A DNA stretch of 64,000 nucleotides. It comes from a virus. Taxonomy: Duplodnaviria; Caudoviricetes. The notes beneath the pieces were generated by a model. That model was given only the letters and a program-made list of their open reading frames with translations, did no database searches and was not told where the DNA came from. Positions 46,906 to 56,427 of this stretch are shown in pieces (the stretch's first letter is position 1; each line of letters starts with the position of its first letter). Made by a program: the position numbers and the translations under genes. The DNA lies in the IMG/VR virus record IMGVR_UViG_2767802067_000003, positions 1-64,000 of that record; one strand, written 5' to 3'.

Positions 46906-47397
46906 TCAGCTGTTCCCACTGAGCAGGCCCGGGCCGACGCCGAGCCAGCGGCCGACGTCGATCGTCGGCTCGGAGCGGGGCCGGCCGCTCATGGCGAAGG
47001 CGGTGTCGATGAGGCGGCGCAGTGCGTCCCGCTCGGTCTCGGGGGCGCGTACGCCGCCTCGGACGTCGGCCTGGATGGGCCGTAGCGGGTAGGCGTCGAT
47101 GGTGATCCGGCCCCGGGTGTGCTTGGTCAGGTGGCGGTTGCCGATCCAGAACCAGTCTGAGCAGTCGAGCCGTGCGGTGAGAGCGGCCTGGTCGATGCGG
47201 TCGCCGAGCGGGGCGCCGCCAGTGGTCCAGGAGTACCAGATCCTGGCGCCGCCGTCGGGACGGCGGAAGGCGATCCACAGGAACGTCTCGGGTTCGAAGT
47301 CGGCGGCGATGCCCTCGGTGACGGCCTTCTCCACGGGGGTTGGGTCATTGCTGGCGCTCAGAGCGACCGGGAGGCGGGTCAGGGTGTCGGTGGTCAT
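46906..47397 (-). CDS. Hypothetical protein
   Basis: GGAG RBS; directly downstream of the nuclease-like gene. Confidence 0.6.
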   Translation of the reverse strand: MTTDTLTRLPVALSASNDPTPVEKAVTEGIAADFEPETFLWIAFRRPDGGARIWYSWTTGGAPLGDRIDQAALTARLDCSDWFWIGNRHLTKHTRGRITIDAYPLRPIQADVRGGVRAPETERDALRRLIDTAFAMSGRPRSEPTIDVGRWLGVGPGLLSGNS

Positions 47398-47412
47398 GGC
47401 GGTCTCCGGGGT

Positions 47413-48387
47413 CTACAGCTCGACCAGGACGATGCCGGCGGCGTTTTGGGTGATGTCCGTGGGCGGGTCGCCGTCCAGGCAGGCCTGGACGTATTCGGGC
47501 AGTTGCGGGCGCAAGCCGCGCTGTATGTGCCGTACGAATTCGCTGCTGAAGTAGTTCCGGATCCGAGGCCCCAGGGTTTGCATTCGGTGTGGGCCGTCAT
47601 AAATGAAGTCGGGCTCATGGCCGCGATAACTGCCGAGCATGTTGAACATCGTCCTGGCGATGCGCGGGGCGCCGATTTGGTCGACTTCCAGGAATGGCCG
47701 AAGTTCCTTACGAATTCCGGACAGTGCCAGTTCGGTGAAGGGGGTTTCCGGCGCGTTTGGGTTGGAGAGGTCGACGATCGGGGTGGCCTGGTGGAAGACG
47801 CTCACCGCGTCGGGGCCGCCCGGCAGGTGCCGAAGCCGGGTGGCGGCGATCGCTTCGTCCTTGGTCTCGTCGCGGACGGGCAGCGCGGGCAGGAGGGTCA
47901 CGCCTGCGCCTTCCCGCAGGTGACAGGCGGTGTCACGGTGCCTGCTCGGGCAATTCATGGCCGACCGGTAGTCCACATCCCCGGCGTACAGCATGAGGCC
48001 GGCGGGCAAGCCCAGACGGTCGGCACTGCGTAGCAGGAGGGTCAGCTGCTGCTCCAGCTTCAGAGGGGCGTCAGAGCCGACTTTCCATTTCCGCCCGATC
48101 CGCTTGAGGCTTTTCGCCTGAATCAGGCAGCCGAAGGACTGGCCGGAACGGTCAACCCACCACCACATGTAGTCGGCTCCGGTGCGCTTTTCCTGCGGAC
48201 GGTTGAATTTTGCATAGCGGACCTCTGGAAACATTTTCTCGCACAGCTCGTGCGTGATATGCTCCTCTTCCCAAATGGCATATCCATGGTTGATCTGAGT
48301 GGCCATTTTCTGCTCTGCATGCCGAGTCCCGCGCGTGAATGCGACGTGGGCGGGCGGGATGTAGTCGGCACGCTCGGCAAGGCTCAT
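47413..48387 (-). CDS. DUF6615-like PD-(D/E)xK nuclease
   Basis: E.I...E..TGADY.WW...IQAK motif; AT-richer than its neighbours; start uncertain (48438/48387/48306). Confidence 0.65.
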   Translation of the reverse strand: MSLAERADYIPPAHVAFTRGTRHAEQKMATQINHGYAIWEEEHITHELCEKMFPEVRYAKFNRPQEKRTGADYMWWWVDRSGQSFGCLIQAKSLKRIGRKWKVGSDAPLKLEQQLTLLLRSADRLGLPAGLMLYAGDVDYRSAMNCPSRHRDTACHLREGAGVTLLPALPVRDETKDEAIAATRLRHLPGGPDAVSVFHQATPIVDLSNPNAPETPFTELALSGIRKELRPFLEVDQIGAPRIARTMFNMLGSYRGHEPDFIYDGPHRMQTLGPRIRNYFSSEFVRHIQRGLRPQLPEYVQACLDGDPPTDITQNAAGIVLVEL

Positions 48388-48897
48388 GGGCGCATCTCCC
48401 GGGAGGCGAGGGGCATCGTGCAGTCCATCATCTCGCACGGCACTGACGCCGCGTCAGCGCCAGTCGGCCGCCGCTCGCTGGTGGACGCGCCGCCGACAGA
48501 CGATCAGTGGCCGCTGGTCCTGCGGGTCGCCTGGGGCCGCCTGGACCACCGGGGCCGGACGAAGGAGCGGGGCGTCGGCGTCATCTTGGCCTGTGGCTCC
48601 TCGGCACTGTGGGGCGATCTCGACAACTCGCTGTCGGGAAAGCCGTGTTCGCGCTGCGCCCAGCGAATCGAGCGGGACAACAGCGCTGCGATCACTGCGC
48701 CCGCCGCGCTGCTCGCCGCACTTGATCGGAAGGCGCCGGCCGGTCAACTGTCACTCCTGCCCGCGGCCGCGCTGCTTGATCTTGTGCGCGCCAGTCGGAT
48801 AGCGCCTCGGCGGCCGACCGCGCTCGCGCGCCGGTCGGCTGTCCGCTGACGCCCGCTCAACCGCCCTTCGAGGCCCCGCACAGCGCGTTAACGATGG

Positions 48898-48931
48898 TTA
48901 GCCTCGTATATCTGGCAATATACGAGGCAAC
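48898..48931. other. loxP-like 13-8-13 recombination site
   Basis: TTAGCCTCGTATA-TCTGGCAA-TATACGAGGCAAC; inner 10 bp of the arms form a perfect inverted repeat; intergenic. Confidence 0.6.
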
Positions 48932-48982
48932 CGCTGTGAGAGGGCTTCCCTCGCAAGCACCGTTTTCCGGCAGGAGGCCATC

Positions 48983-49339
48983 GTGGCGACGTCGACCGAA
49001 CCCGGGACGCCGCTCGGGCGCCTGCTGGACGAGCTGGCCGGCTTCGTCCGGGCCCGGGTCGCCGAGCGTACCGCGGACCCCGAGCGGCCGGCCCCCGAAC
49101 GCGAGCACTTCACCCACCTGCTCCCGCGGCTCGACCAGGTCCTCGCCCACGCCCACGACAGGGGCGCGCTCCAGCAGCTCCACGCCCTGCGCCTGTTCCG
49201 GGAGATGTCGCTGCTCTGGTACGGCCACGACGAGCACCCCGACAACCCGTGGCTCGAACAGCTCGCCACCACCGACCCCGAGGCCGCGCTGCGCCAGCTG
49301 CGGGACGTCCAGGACCGGGTCGACCGCATGACAGACTGA
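48983..49339 (+). CDS. Hypothetical protein
   Basis: AGGAGG RBS. Confidence 0.7.
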   Translation: MATSTEPGTPLGRLLDELAGFVRARVAERTADPERPAPEREHFTHLLPRLDQVLAHAHDRGALQQLHALRLFREMSLLWYGHDEHPDNPWLEQLATTDPEAALRQLRDVQDRVDRMTD

Positions 49340-49395
49340 TCACCAACATCGCTCTCGCGCACCGCAGTTGAGCCGACCGAACAGGAATCCAGCCC

Positions 49396-50166
49396 GTGCC
49401 GTCCGAACCGTCCGGCCGCCCCGCCGCCGCCGCCGCCGACCAGCTTCACGCCTTCGTCGGCTTCGTGCGCTCCCGGCTGCACGAGGAGCTGGCCGCCCCC
49501 GGTCTGCACCACTCCACCCGGCGCGCCCTGCAGCGCCGGCTGGCCCTGGTTGGCGAGATCGCGGACCAGGCCGACGGCACGGCCCCGGCCTCCCTGATGG
49601 GCCGGGCGGCGAACGGCGTCGAACTGGTCGACCTCGCCCAGCGCTGGCGCGACCACCCCGACTACCCCGGCACCCGCACCACCCCGGAGGCGGCCGCGCC
49701 CGGCCGGGAGCTGCCCGCCGCGGTGACCCACATCTACGAACGCGGCATCACCGCGGATCTGCTGTCCGAGGTCGGCGGCTACCCGGGCCTGCACGAGGAG
49801 GCCCGGACCGAGCTCGCCGACAACCACCCCTGCCGCCGTGCCGAACCCACCGCGCCCGTGCCGGTCACCGTCACCTCCGACGGCACCGGTTTCCTCACCG
49901 TCCGCGCCGAGATCCGCTGCACCGACCGGGCCTGCCGGATCGAGGCCGCCGCCGTCGCCCGCTACGAACCGCTGCTGGCCGCCTACGAGGTGGCGCGGGA
50001 GTCGCTGCGCGGCGCCGACCTGCTGCTGCAGCAGCCCAACCTGGTCACCACCCCGGACCCGGAGCAGCTCCGGCGGCAGTGGGCCCGGCGGGAGAAGGCC
50101 ATCCGCGAGACGCTGCGCACCGTGATCGACACGCTCGCCCCGCACGCCGCCCCCGCCGCCGAGTGA
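49396..50166 (+). CDS. Hypothetical protein
   Basis: L..LAxRWRDHPDY motif; coding-like. Confidence 0.65.
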   Translation: MPSEPSGRPAAAAADQLHAFVGFVRSRLHEELAAPGLHHSTRRALQRRLALVGEIADQADGTAPASLMGRAANGVELVDLAQRWRDHPDYPGTRTTPEAAAPGRELPAAVTHIYERGITADLLSEVGGYPGLHEEARTELADNHPCRRAEPTAPVPVTVTSDGTGFLTVRAEIRCTDRACRIEAAAVARYEPLLAAYEVARESLRGADLLLQQPNLVTTPDPEQLRRQWARREKAIRETLRTVIDTLAPHAAPAAE

Positions 50167-50258
50167 ACCCGACCCCGGCCAACGGGCCCGCCGGACGCAC
50201 CCCGCCAGCCGCCTTCGTGCTGTTCCCGTTCCGCTCACACCCCGTCAAGGAGACCCGG

Positions 50259-50585
50259 ATGACGTACGACGACCCCGAGGACCGCGCCGAAGCCGAGGCC
50301 CAGACCAGGCAGCGGCAGGCCGCCGACCTGGAGCACATCGCGGCCTACTACAGGCTGGAGCGCCGCCTGGGCATCACGGTCGCGCTCGGCGGCCGGGTCC
50401 GCCACGACGGCCGCGAAGGCGTCATCGTGGACACCGCCGGCCAGCGGCTCAAGGTCATGTTCTACGGCGACCAGCAGGCCAGCATCTGCCACGCCACCTC
50501 GCAGATGGAGTACGAGACGGCTACCGGCTGGATCACCGCCACCCCCGTCCCGGACCCGTGGGCCGCCGGCCCGGCCGCCGCATGA
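50259..50585 (+). CDS. Small SH3-like hypothetical protein
   Basis: AAGGAG RBS; GxRV..xG.xGVIV motif. Confidence 0.65.
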   Translation: MTYDDPEDRAEAEAQTRQRQAADLEHIAAYYRLERRLGITVALGGRVRHDGREGVIVDTAGQRLKVMFYGDQQASICHATSQMEYETATGWITATPVPDPWAAGPAAA

Positions 50586-51142
50586 GCGTGACGGACAACG
50601 AGTCCGCCGCCGCCCGCGCGTTCTGGGCCGAGGGCGAGCAGGTGGTCCCGGCACTGAGAATCCGTCCACCCGAGAACGCCACCGAGCAGGCCCTGCTCGG
50701 CTGGATGAACATGCACATCACCATGGAACGCGAGGCGAACCGGCCAATCAGCGGCTGGGCGTACCGGTCCGTGTTCGAGCTCGTCCTCGAACACGGACGC
50801 TGGTTCAACCCGGTCAGCCTCCCTGCAGCCATCCCGCGTGGCCCGGAGAGGGAGTGTTTTCACAACGCGGCCGCCATCGAGCGGGCGCACCCGCACCTGC
50901 GCTACGTCGAGGGCTTCGCGATCGTTACCGGCAGCCCGGTGGCTACCGCCCACGCCTGGTGCACCGACGGCGACGGCAACGCGATCGATCCCACGTGGAC
51001 TGAACTCGGCGAGGACACAGCGTACTTCGGCATCCCGTTGGCCCCGACGCTGCGCCCGAACCCCCGGTTCAGCAGCGGCGTCCTCGAACGCCCCGAGACC
51101 CTGTACCCGCTGCTGCAAGACGGGCTGACGGCCAGCACCTGA
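50582..51142 (+). CDS. Transglutaminase/papain-like Cys-His-Asp protein, paralogue 1
   Basis: CFHNA...YVEG...HAW...IDPTW. Confidence 0.65.
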   Translation: MSVTDNESAAARAFWAEGEQVVPALRIRPPENATEQALLGWMNMHITMEREANRPISGWAYRSVFELVLEHGRWFNPVSLPAAIPRGPERECFHNAAAIERAHPHLRYVEGFAIVTGSPVATAHAWCTDGDGNAIDPTWTELGEDTAYFGIPLAPTLRPNPRFSSGVLERPETLYPLLQDGLTAST

Positions 51143-51168
51143 ACAGCACCGACCAGAGAGGCACTTCC

Positions 51169-52272
51169 ATGGAGCAGTACCCGCACGATCACGCCGAAGA
51201 ACTGGAGCGCGCCGGGTACCGTGACCGGATCCACCGGCTTCACCAGGTCATCGCCGCGCGCGTGAGCGACCACCGCGTGGCCGGCGAGGCCGTCGACGCG
51301 GTGGTCGCCCGCCTGGCGGCCCGTTCCGTGGAGAACCTGCTGAGCGAGGCCACGCTTCTCGGCGAGGGCGCTGCGGCGGACGGCTTCACCGAGACGGTGG
51401 CGCTCCACCAGCTGGAGACTCTCCTCGACCGGGCTGCCCGGCGCGCGTGGCCCACCGAGGCAGCGCCGTTGGACGACATCGCCCGCCTGCGCAAGGACAC
51501 CAACGTGCAGGTGGCCGCGCTGCTCGCCGGTCGGCAGCCCGGGCCGTCGGCCGTGCGAGTCCGCGACCAGGTCAACGAGCTGGCCGGCTTCATCAACCGC
51601 CGCGCCCAGGAACCGGTCCACAACACCGCCGAAGGCCTGCACTCGGGCCTCGGCCAGATCCTGCGCACCACCTCCTACGCCCACGGAGCCGTGGACACGG
51701 CACTTGCCGCTGGCCGCCTGGACTTGGCCGCCAAGCAGTTGCGCCACCTGGTCCAGCAAGCACAGAAGTGGGCCGATCAGGCGGAGTACCCGTCCGCTCT
51801 GGTGGCTGACCTTCTGCGGACCGCGGAAGCGGCCGATCCACACAACGAACCCGCGCCCGGCCCGGTCGTTCCGGAAGCAAGGACCGCCCAGCGGGCCGTA
51901 GCGGGCAGTCCCGCGAAGAAGATCACGCTCGCTCAGGCTGAGCGCCTCTTCCGCGCGATGGGTCTGGCCATCGGCAGCGACGGCCAGGAGGGCTTCACCT
52001 TCCGGGCCCGCGGCGGCCGCGACGGCTCGCGGGCAGTCAAGTCCTCCCACCAGATCGAGGTGCGGTACCGCCTCGCCGGGGGCTACACCCTCATGGGCAA
52101 CGACCTCGACGGCCTCCCCGAGGTGATCGAGCACTACCGGTGGGCCGTCGAGAAGGCCCCTCAGCACGGCTACACCGTGACCTGGAGGCCAGCCAACGTC
52201 TGGATGGAAGTCACCCGCACTCCGGTTGCCCCCGAGACGCCCGCCGACCGACCGCAGGAGGCCGCATCGTGA
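51169..52272 (+). CDS. Hypothetical protein
   Basis: 367 aa, helical; GAGG RBS. Confidence 0.7.
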   Translation: MEQYPHDHAEELERAGYRDRIHRLHQVIAARVSDHRVAGEAVDAVVARLAARSVENLLSEATLLGEGAAADGFTETVALHQLETLLDRAARRAWPTEAAPLDDIARLRKDTNVQVAALLAGRQPGPSAVRVRDQVNELAGFINRRAQEPVHNTAEGLHSGLGQILRTTSYAHGAVDTALAAGRLDLAAKQLRHLVQQAQKWADQAEYPSALVADLLRTAEAADPHNEPAPGPVVPEARTAQRAVAGSPAKKITLAQAERLFRAMGLAIGSDGQEGFTFRARGGRDGSRAVKSSHQIEVRYRLAGGYTLMGNDLDGLPEVIEHYRWAVEKAPQHGYTVTWRPANVWMEVTRTPVAPETPADRPQEAAS

Positions 52273-52835
52273 CCGGCGCCGCCGACGAAGCCGAGCAGAA
52301 GCTGCGGCACTGGGTGGACACGTACGCCCAACTCCACTCCGGTGACGAGAGCTGGCGCTTCCGTAGTTTTGCCGCGCTCGTTGCCGCCTTCGGAGTCCTC
52401 TACCACCCTGCCCCCTGGCCGGCGGATCAGCCCCGGGGGCGGCTGGGCCGCTGCTTCGAGGAGGCCAGCAAGTACGCCGACGCCACCGGCGCCACGTACG
52501 TCGAGGGGTTCGTCCTGGTCCCGGACGCCCCGCTGATGTTCCCGGTCTTCGAACACGCCTGGTGTCTGACACCTCAGGGCACCGTGGCCGACACGACCAT
52601 CCCCGATGGCGGCGCCGTCCTCTACCTCGGCCTGCCGCTGCACGCCGCGTTCCGCCGCACCGCCCAGGCCCGGCGACGGACCTGGGCGGTGCTCACCTAC
52701 GACACGGACAATCTCCTAGCCGGCGTCAACGACGTAGTCCTGAAAGCTGGCCTGCCACCGGGCGCACTGGCCCTTCCGAACACACCTTCACCGCCCCCTG
52801 GTGGGCCTGGCCCCGTCGTACAGGAGGTTCCGTGA
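52269..52835 (+). CDS. Transglutaminase/papain-like Cys-His-Asp protein, paralogue 2
   Basis: CFEEA...YVEG...HAW...ADTT; coupled to the recombinase. Confidence 0.65.
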   Translation: MTGAADEAEQKLRHWVDTYAQLHSGDESWRFRSFAALVAAFGVLYHPAPWPADQPRGRLGRCFEEASKYADATGATYVEGFVLVPDAPLMFPVFEHAWCLTPQGTVADTTIPDGGAVLYLGLPLHAAFRRTAQARRRTWAVLTYDTDNLLAGVNDVVLKAGLPPGALALPNTPSPPPGGPGPVVQEVP

Positions 52836-54175
52836 CCACCCTCGATCAGTCAACTCCCGCCGAGGTCGTCGACGCCGAACTGCTGGACGACGACGAGCAA
52901 GCCCTTCCCGCAGTACGCGAGCCCCTGGGCTTGGACCTCAGCGACTTCACCCGGGACACCGTGCTGGTCGCCGGGCGGCCGATCCCGGCCGCCTTCGTCG
53001 CGCCGCAGTACTCCGCCGCGGACTACGTCATCTCCGAGGACGTCGCCGAGCTGATCGAGGCGGCCCGGCCGGAGAACACCGAACGCAACCGGCGCAGCCA
53101 GATCGGCCTGTTCCAGCGCTGGTGCGACGACCGCGGCCGGGTCGCCCTGCCGTGCACCACCGCGACGCTGATCGAGTACATCGGCGGTCTCATCCAGCGC
53201 GGCCTCGACCCGGACACCATCGCGGCCCACAAGAGCACGGTCGTCACCTGGCAGGAGGAGGAGACCCCGGGCAACACCCGGCCCGGAACCCGGCAGGTCT
53301 CTGCGATGATCGCGGCGTACCGGGCCAGGTGGAGCCGCACCAAGACCGACAAGCAGTCACCGGCGATCCGCGAGGTCGACCTGGAGCTGATGGTCGCGGT
53401 CTGCGACGAATCCGGTCGGCCTGCCGACCTGCGCGACGCGGCCATCGCCTGCCTGGGCTTCCACCTGCTCACCCGTCGGATCGAGTTGGCCAGCCTGCTC
53501 GTCACCCACGTCACGCTGGAGCGCGATGGCATGCACGTGCGGCTGGTGGACCGCAAGACCCACAAGGACGGCACGGTCTTCGAGGCTTGGATCCCGGCCC
53601 GGGACGACGCCCCCCATATCTGCCCCGTCCGCCGGGTGCGGGCCTGGCTGGAGTACGGCCGCCTGATCCACCAGCCGCAGGACCAGGCGCTCTTCCGGGC
53701 GTTGGACAAGGCCGGCCGCCTGGCCGTGCGCCTCACCCCGCAGACCCGACCCAAGCACCCCGACGGCACCGACAAGCAGGACCGCGAGCTCACCGCAGAG
53801 GACTGGACGCGGCTGTCGATGCTCTCCGGCGAGGCCATCAACAAGTTCGTCAAGGCCCTCGCCAGGAAGGCGTACGCCAAGATCGCACACCTCACCGAGG
53901 AGCAGCGCGTCGGGCTCGGCCACAACGCGCTGCTCAACGAACAGACCGCCTCCTCCGTCACCTCGCACGGCCTGCGGGCCGGCGGGGCAACCGAGCTGTA
54001 CGAGTCGGACGTGCCGGAGGACGTTATCGCGATGCTCGGTGACTGGGCCAAGGGGTCCGCGGCGATGAAGCGCTACTTCCGGAAGATCCGGACCAGCGGT
54101 GAGAACGCCTGGGCGGTCGCCCGGCAGGCCCGGGAGAGGATGCGGCTCGCGGCGAGCCAGACGGTCGTCGCGTAG
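52832..54175 (+). CDS. Cre-like tyrosine recombinase
   Basis: N-domain NT.R....F..WC...LP......Y; catalytic RRIE, KT, HGLR, GDW, RYFR (R-K-H-R-W-Y). Confidence 0.92.
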   Translation: MTTLDQSTPAEVVDAELLDDDEQALPAVREPLGLDLSDFTRDTVLVAGRPIPAAFVAPQYSAADYVISEDVAELIEAARPENTERNRRSQIGLFQRWCDDRGRVALPCTTATLIEYIGGLIQRGLDPDTIAAHKSTVVTWQEEETPGNTRPGTRQVSAMIAAYRARWSRTKTDKQSPAIREVDLELMVAVCDESGRPADLRDAAIACLGFHLLTRRIELASLLVTHVTLERDGMHVRLVDRKTHKDGTVFEAWIPARDDAPHICPVRRVRAWLEYGRLIHQPQDQALFRALDKAGRLAVRLTPQTRPKHPDGTDKQDRELTAEDWTRLSMLSGEAINKFVKALARKAYAKIAHLTEEQRVGLGHNALLNEQTASSVTSHGLRAGGATELYESDVPEDVIAMLGDWAKGSAAMKRYFRKIRTSGENAWAVARQARERMRLAASQTVVA

Positions 54176-54695
54176 GCGGTTACCGCTCGGGCAGATCAGC
54201 CCATGGCACCCGCCGGGCCGCCCGGGGCCACGCGGTTGCCGCTCCCGGCCCGCCCGAAAAATGGCCAGCGGATGCGGATGGTCGTGGGAGAAGATGCTCG
54301 ACATGTCGAACGCGTGGACCGCCCCCGACACCGGCTGGTACCGACTCGCCCCTGGAAAGGTGCCGGAGTATCTGGGCAAGCAGCTTCCTGATCCCGCAGC
54401 ACAAGGCCAGTGGACGGTCGTTCCGCTGAACGCCTCGCCTCTGGCCGGGCCCCGCCCGGTCACCATGATCGGCGAAACGACGGCGAGCGTCATGCACTTC
54501 CAGCGCGGCGATATGACCATGAACAGCGGCGGAACGCTGCGGGGGACGCCAGCGCCCGCGCTCACGGTCCCATGGCGGCCATGATGCGACCCCAGAGCTG
54601 ACCGCCGCGAGACCTCACCCGTCTCCGACGCACGATCCGGCGGAGTTCTGCCCGGGCGCTCACAGCGAACGCTCCGCTGCCCGTACGCTCTTCCC

Positions 54696-55634
54696 ATGAG
54701 CGGCGGTGAGGCCTTCGACCACTTGAACGACGTCCTGCGGGTCGCTCTCGCGGACCGTGACATCCACACCAGCGAGAAGCGAGGCGAGCGCCTCAGGGTG
54801 ACCGTGGCCACCGTCGAGCGTGGCCTGACGTTCCTGGCCCGTCCCCTGCTACGGGTTCCCGGTGCCCTGCTGGACGAGCAGGTCGTCGGGTACCACGAGT
54901 GGCCGCTGACCCTGCTCGGGCACATCGCCGCCGGGCAGTGCCGGGCGAAACCGCCCTACAACCGCCTGAAGCCCTCCAGCGTCCGGTACATCATGGACGG
55001 CCTGGCGGACCTGAACAGGGCAGCCGGGAACCGCCCGTACTGGTGGGAGGCCAAGGGCATGCGGCCGTGGGCCGGCCACACCAAGAACCCGGTCGCTCCG
55101 CTGGAGCACGTCGTCCTGCGCCGCGAGTTGAGCGAGCCCGGCCCCCAGCGCTGGGAGCCGTACCGGCTGCGCCTGCTCGCCGCCGTCGAGTTGCTGTGGG
55201 ACACCGGGACGACGCCCAGCGGCCTGGTCGCCGCCAACGTGGACGACTTGTCCGCTGACTTCTCGCGCATTCGACTCGCGTGGACCGCGCCAGGGCGGCA
55301 CACCGAGCGGGTGGAGCAGGAGTGCCTGCTGCACCCGAACACGACGGCCGCGTTGAAGATGTGGCTTCCGGTGCGAGACCAGGTCGTACAGGACACGCTT
55401 CGCCAGGGCCTGGAGGGCTCCCGGGCGCTGTTCATCACCCTGCGGCACACTACGGGCGCGCAGAAGGACGGATCGCCTCGGCAGGTCCCGCCCGGCGTCA
55501 GGATCCTGCGCACCGGCCTGGACACCGCTTGGCTGTCGTGGATCCGGAGAGCGAACAGCCACCACGCCGGGGAAGCCGGATGGCCGATCGCCACCGACTT
55601 CTACCGGGTCGCCCGGGGAGACGGCCCTACATAG
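54696..55634 (+). CDS. Degenerate tyrosine-recombinase-fold protein
   Basis: [27 protein letters not shown] box I with the Arg replaced; LFITL; no HxxR or catalytic Tyr box; TACGCT 6 nt before ATG. Confidence 0.6.
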   Translation: MSGGEAFDHLNDVLRVALADRDIHTSEKRGERLRVTVATVERGLTFLARPLLRVPGALLDEQVVGYHEWPLTLLGHIAAGQCRAKPPYNRLKPSSVRYIMDGLADLNRAAGNRPYWWEAKGMRPWAGHTKNPVAPLEHVVLRRELSEPGPQRWEPYRLRLLAAVELLWDTGTTPSGLVAANVDDLSADFSRIRLAWTAPGRHTERVEQECLLHPNTTAALKMWLPVRDQVVQDTLRQGLEGSRALFITLRHTTGAQKDGSPRQVPPGVRILRTGLDTAWLSWIRRANSHHAGEAGWPIATDFYRVARGDGPT

Positions 55635-55642
55635 CAAAATCT

Positions 55643-55671
55643 TTGACAAAGGCGGCGCGAGGCACTAAAAA
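55643..55671 (+). promoter_or_regulatory. Probable sigma70-type promoter
   Basis: TTGACA-17bp-TAAAAA; contains GGCACTAA at the same offset as the 6688 promoter. Confidence 0.5.
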
Positions 55672-55708
55672 TGGGTGCCGGCCACCCGTCACTCCACGAG
55701 GACTCGAC

Positions 55709-56368
55709 ATGACGCTGCCTCTGCTCGAAACGCTGCCGACCCGAGACCCTCGCATGGTGCGCGACAACAGCCCCTACCGCCGGCTGGCCCAGGAAGTCCT
55801 CAAGGCCCACGCCGAGAAGAACACCGACCAGCTCGAAGCCCTTCTCAAGGCCTACACCCTGATGGTGCATCCCCTGCCGAGCAGCCGCACCAAGGCCGTG
55901 ACCATCGTCCGCCAGGAACTCGCCGACAGTGACACGTTCTGGAACACCCCGCCCCTGGAGCGCTACGACCTCATCCCCGCCGACGCCCGCGGAGACGGAG
56001 GCCGGTACATGACCCTGCGAGGAGTCTGCCTCCTCGACGCGCAGCGCTCCGAGTACGGACCGGACGGCAAGCGCTGGAACAACCGGACCTTCAGTGAGCG
56101 GTTCGGTGTATCGCGCGGCCGCATCGACCAGCTGCTCCAGGCCGCCAAGAAGGCCGCCGACTACGATCTGACCCTGGTCGAAAACTGCTGCTCCCCGGCG
56201 CCGGGGGACCCGATCGTCGGCTTCACCACCCGCGGCAACGACGTCTCGGTGCACCGCGCCGACTGCGTCAACGTCGAGGCACTGAGCCAGCAGCCCGAGC
56301 GGCGGATGATCGACGTCGAGTGGGCGGCCACCGAGCCCTCGGTAGTCGTGGTGGACGCCAAGAGCTGA
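55709..56368 (+). CDS. HTH protein fused to a RelA/SpoT zinc-finger (conserved-cysteine) fragment
   Basis: [20 protein letters not shown] followed by [30 protein letters not shown]...[10 protein letters not shown]. Confidence 0.8.
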   Translation: MTLPLLETLPTRDPRMVRDNSPYRRLAQEVLKAHAEKNTDQLEALLKAYTLMVHPLPSSRTKAVTIVRQELADSDTFWNTPPLERYDLIPADARGDGGRYMTLRGVCLLDAQRSEYGPDGKRWNNRTFSERFGVSRGRIDQLLQAAKKAADYDLTLVENCCSPAPGDPIVGFTTRGNDVSVHRADCVNVEALSQQPERRMIDVEWAATEPSVVVVDAKS

Positions 56369-56427
56369 CACCAGCCCCCGACTAACCTCTACCGCTTCCC
56401 AGTAGCTGATCCGGCTTGGGAAGGCGA

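Noticed and set aside
48250-48849. 199-aa plus-strand ORF
   Set aside because: Overlaps the nuclease start region, no clear RBS or motif; the 3' part may be coding but I cannot support it.
54303-54584. Small ORF between the two recombinase-fold genes
   Set aside because: Plausible GGGAG RBS but no motif or homology cue; left uncalled.
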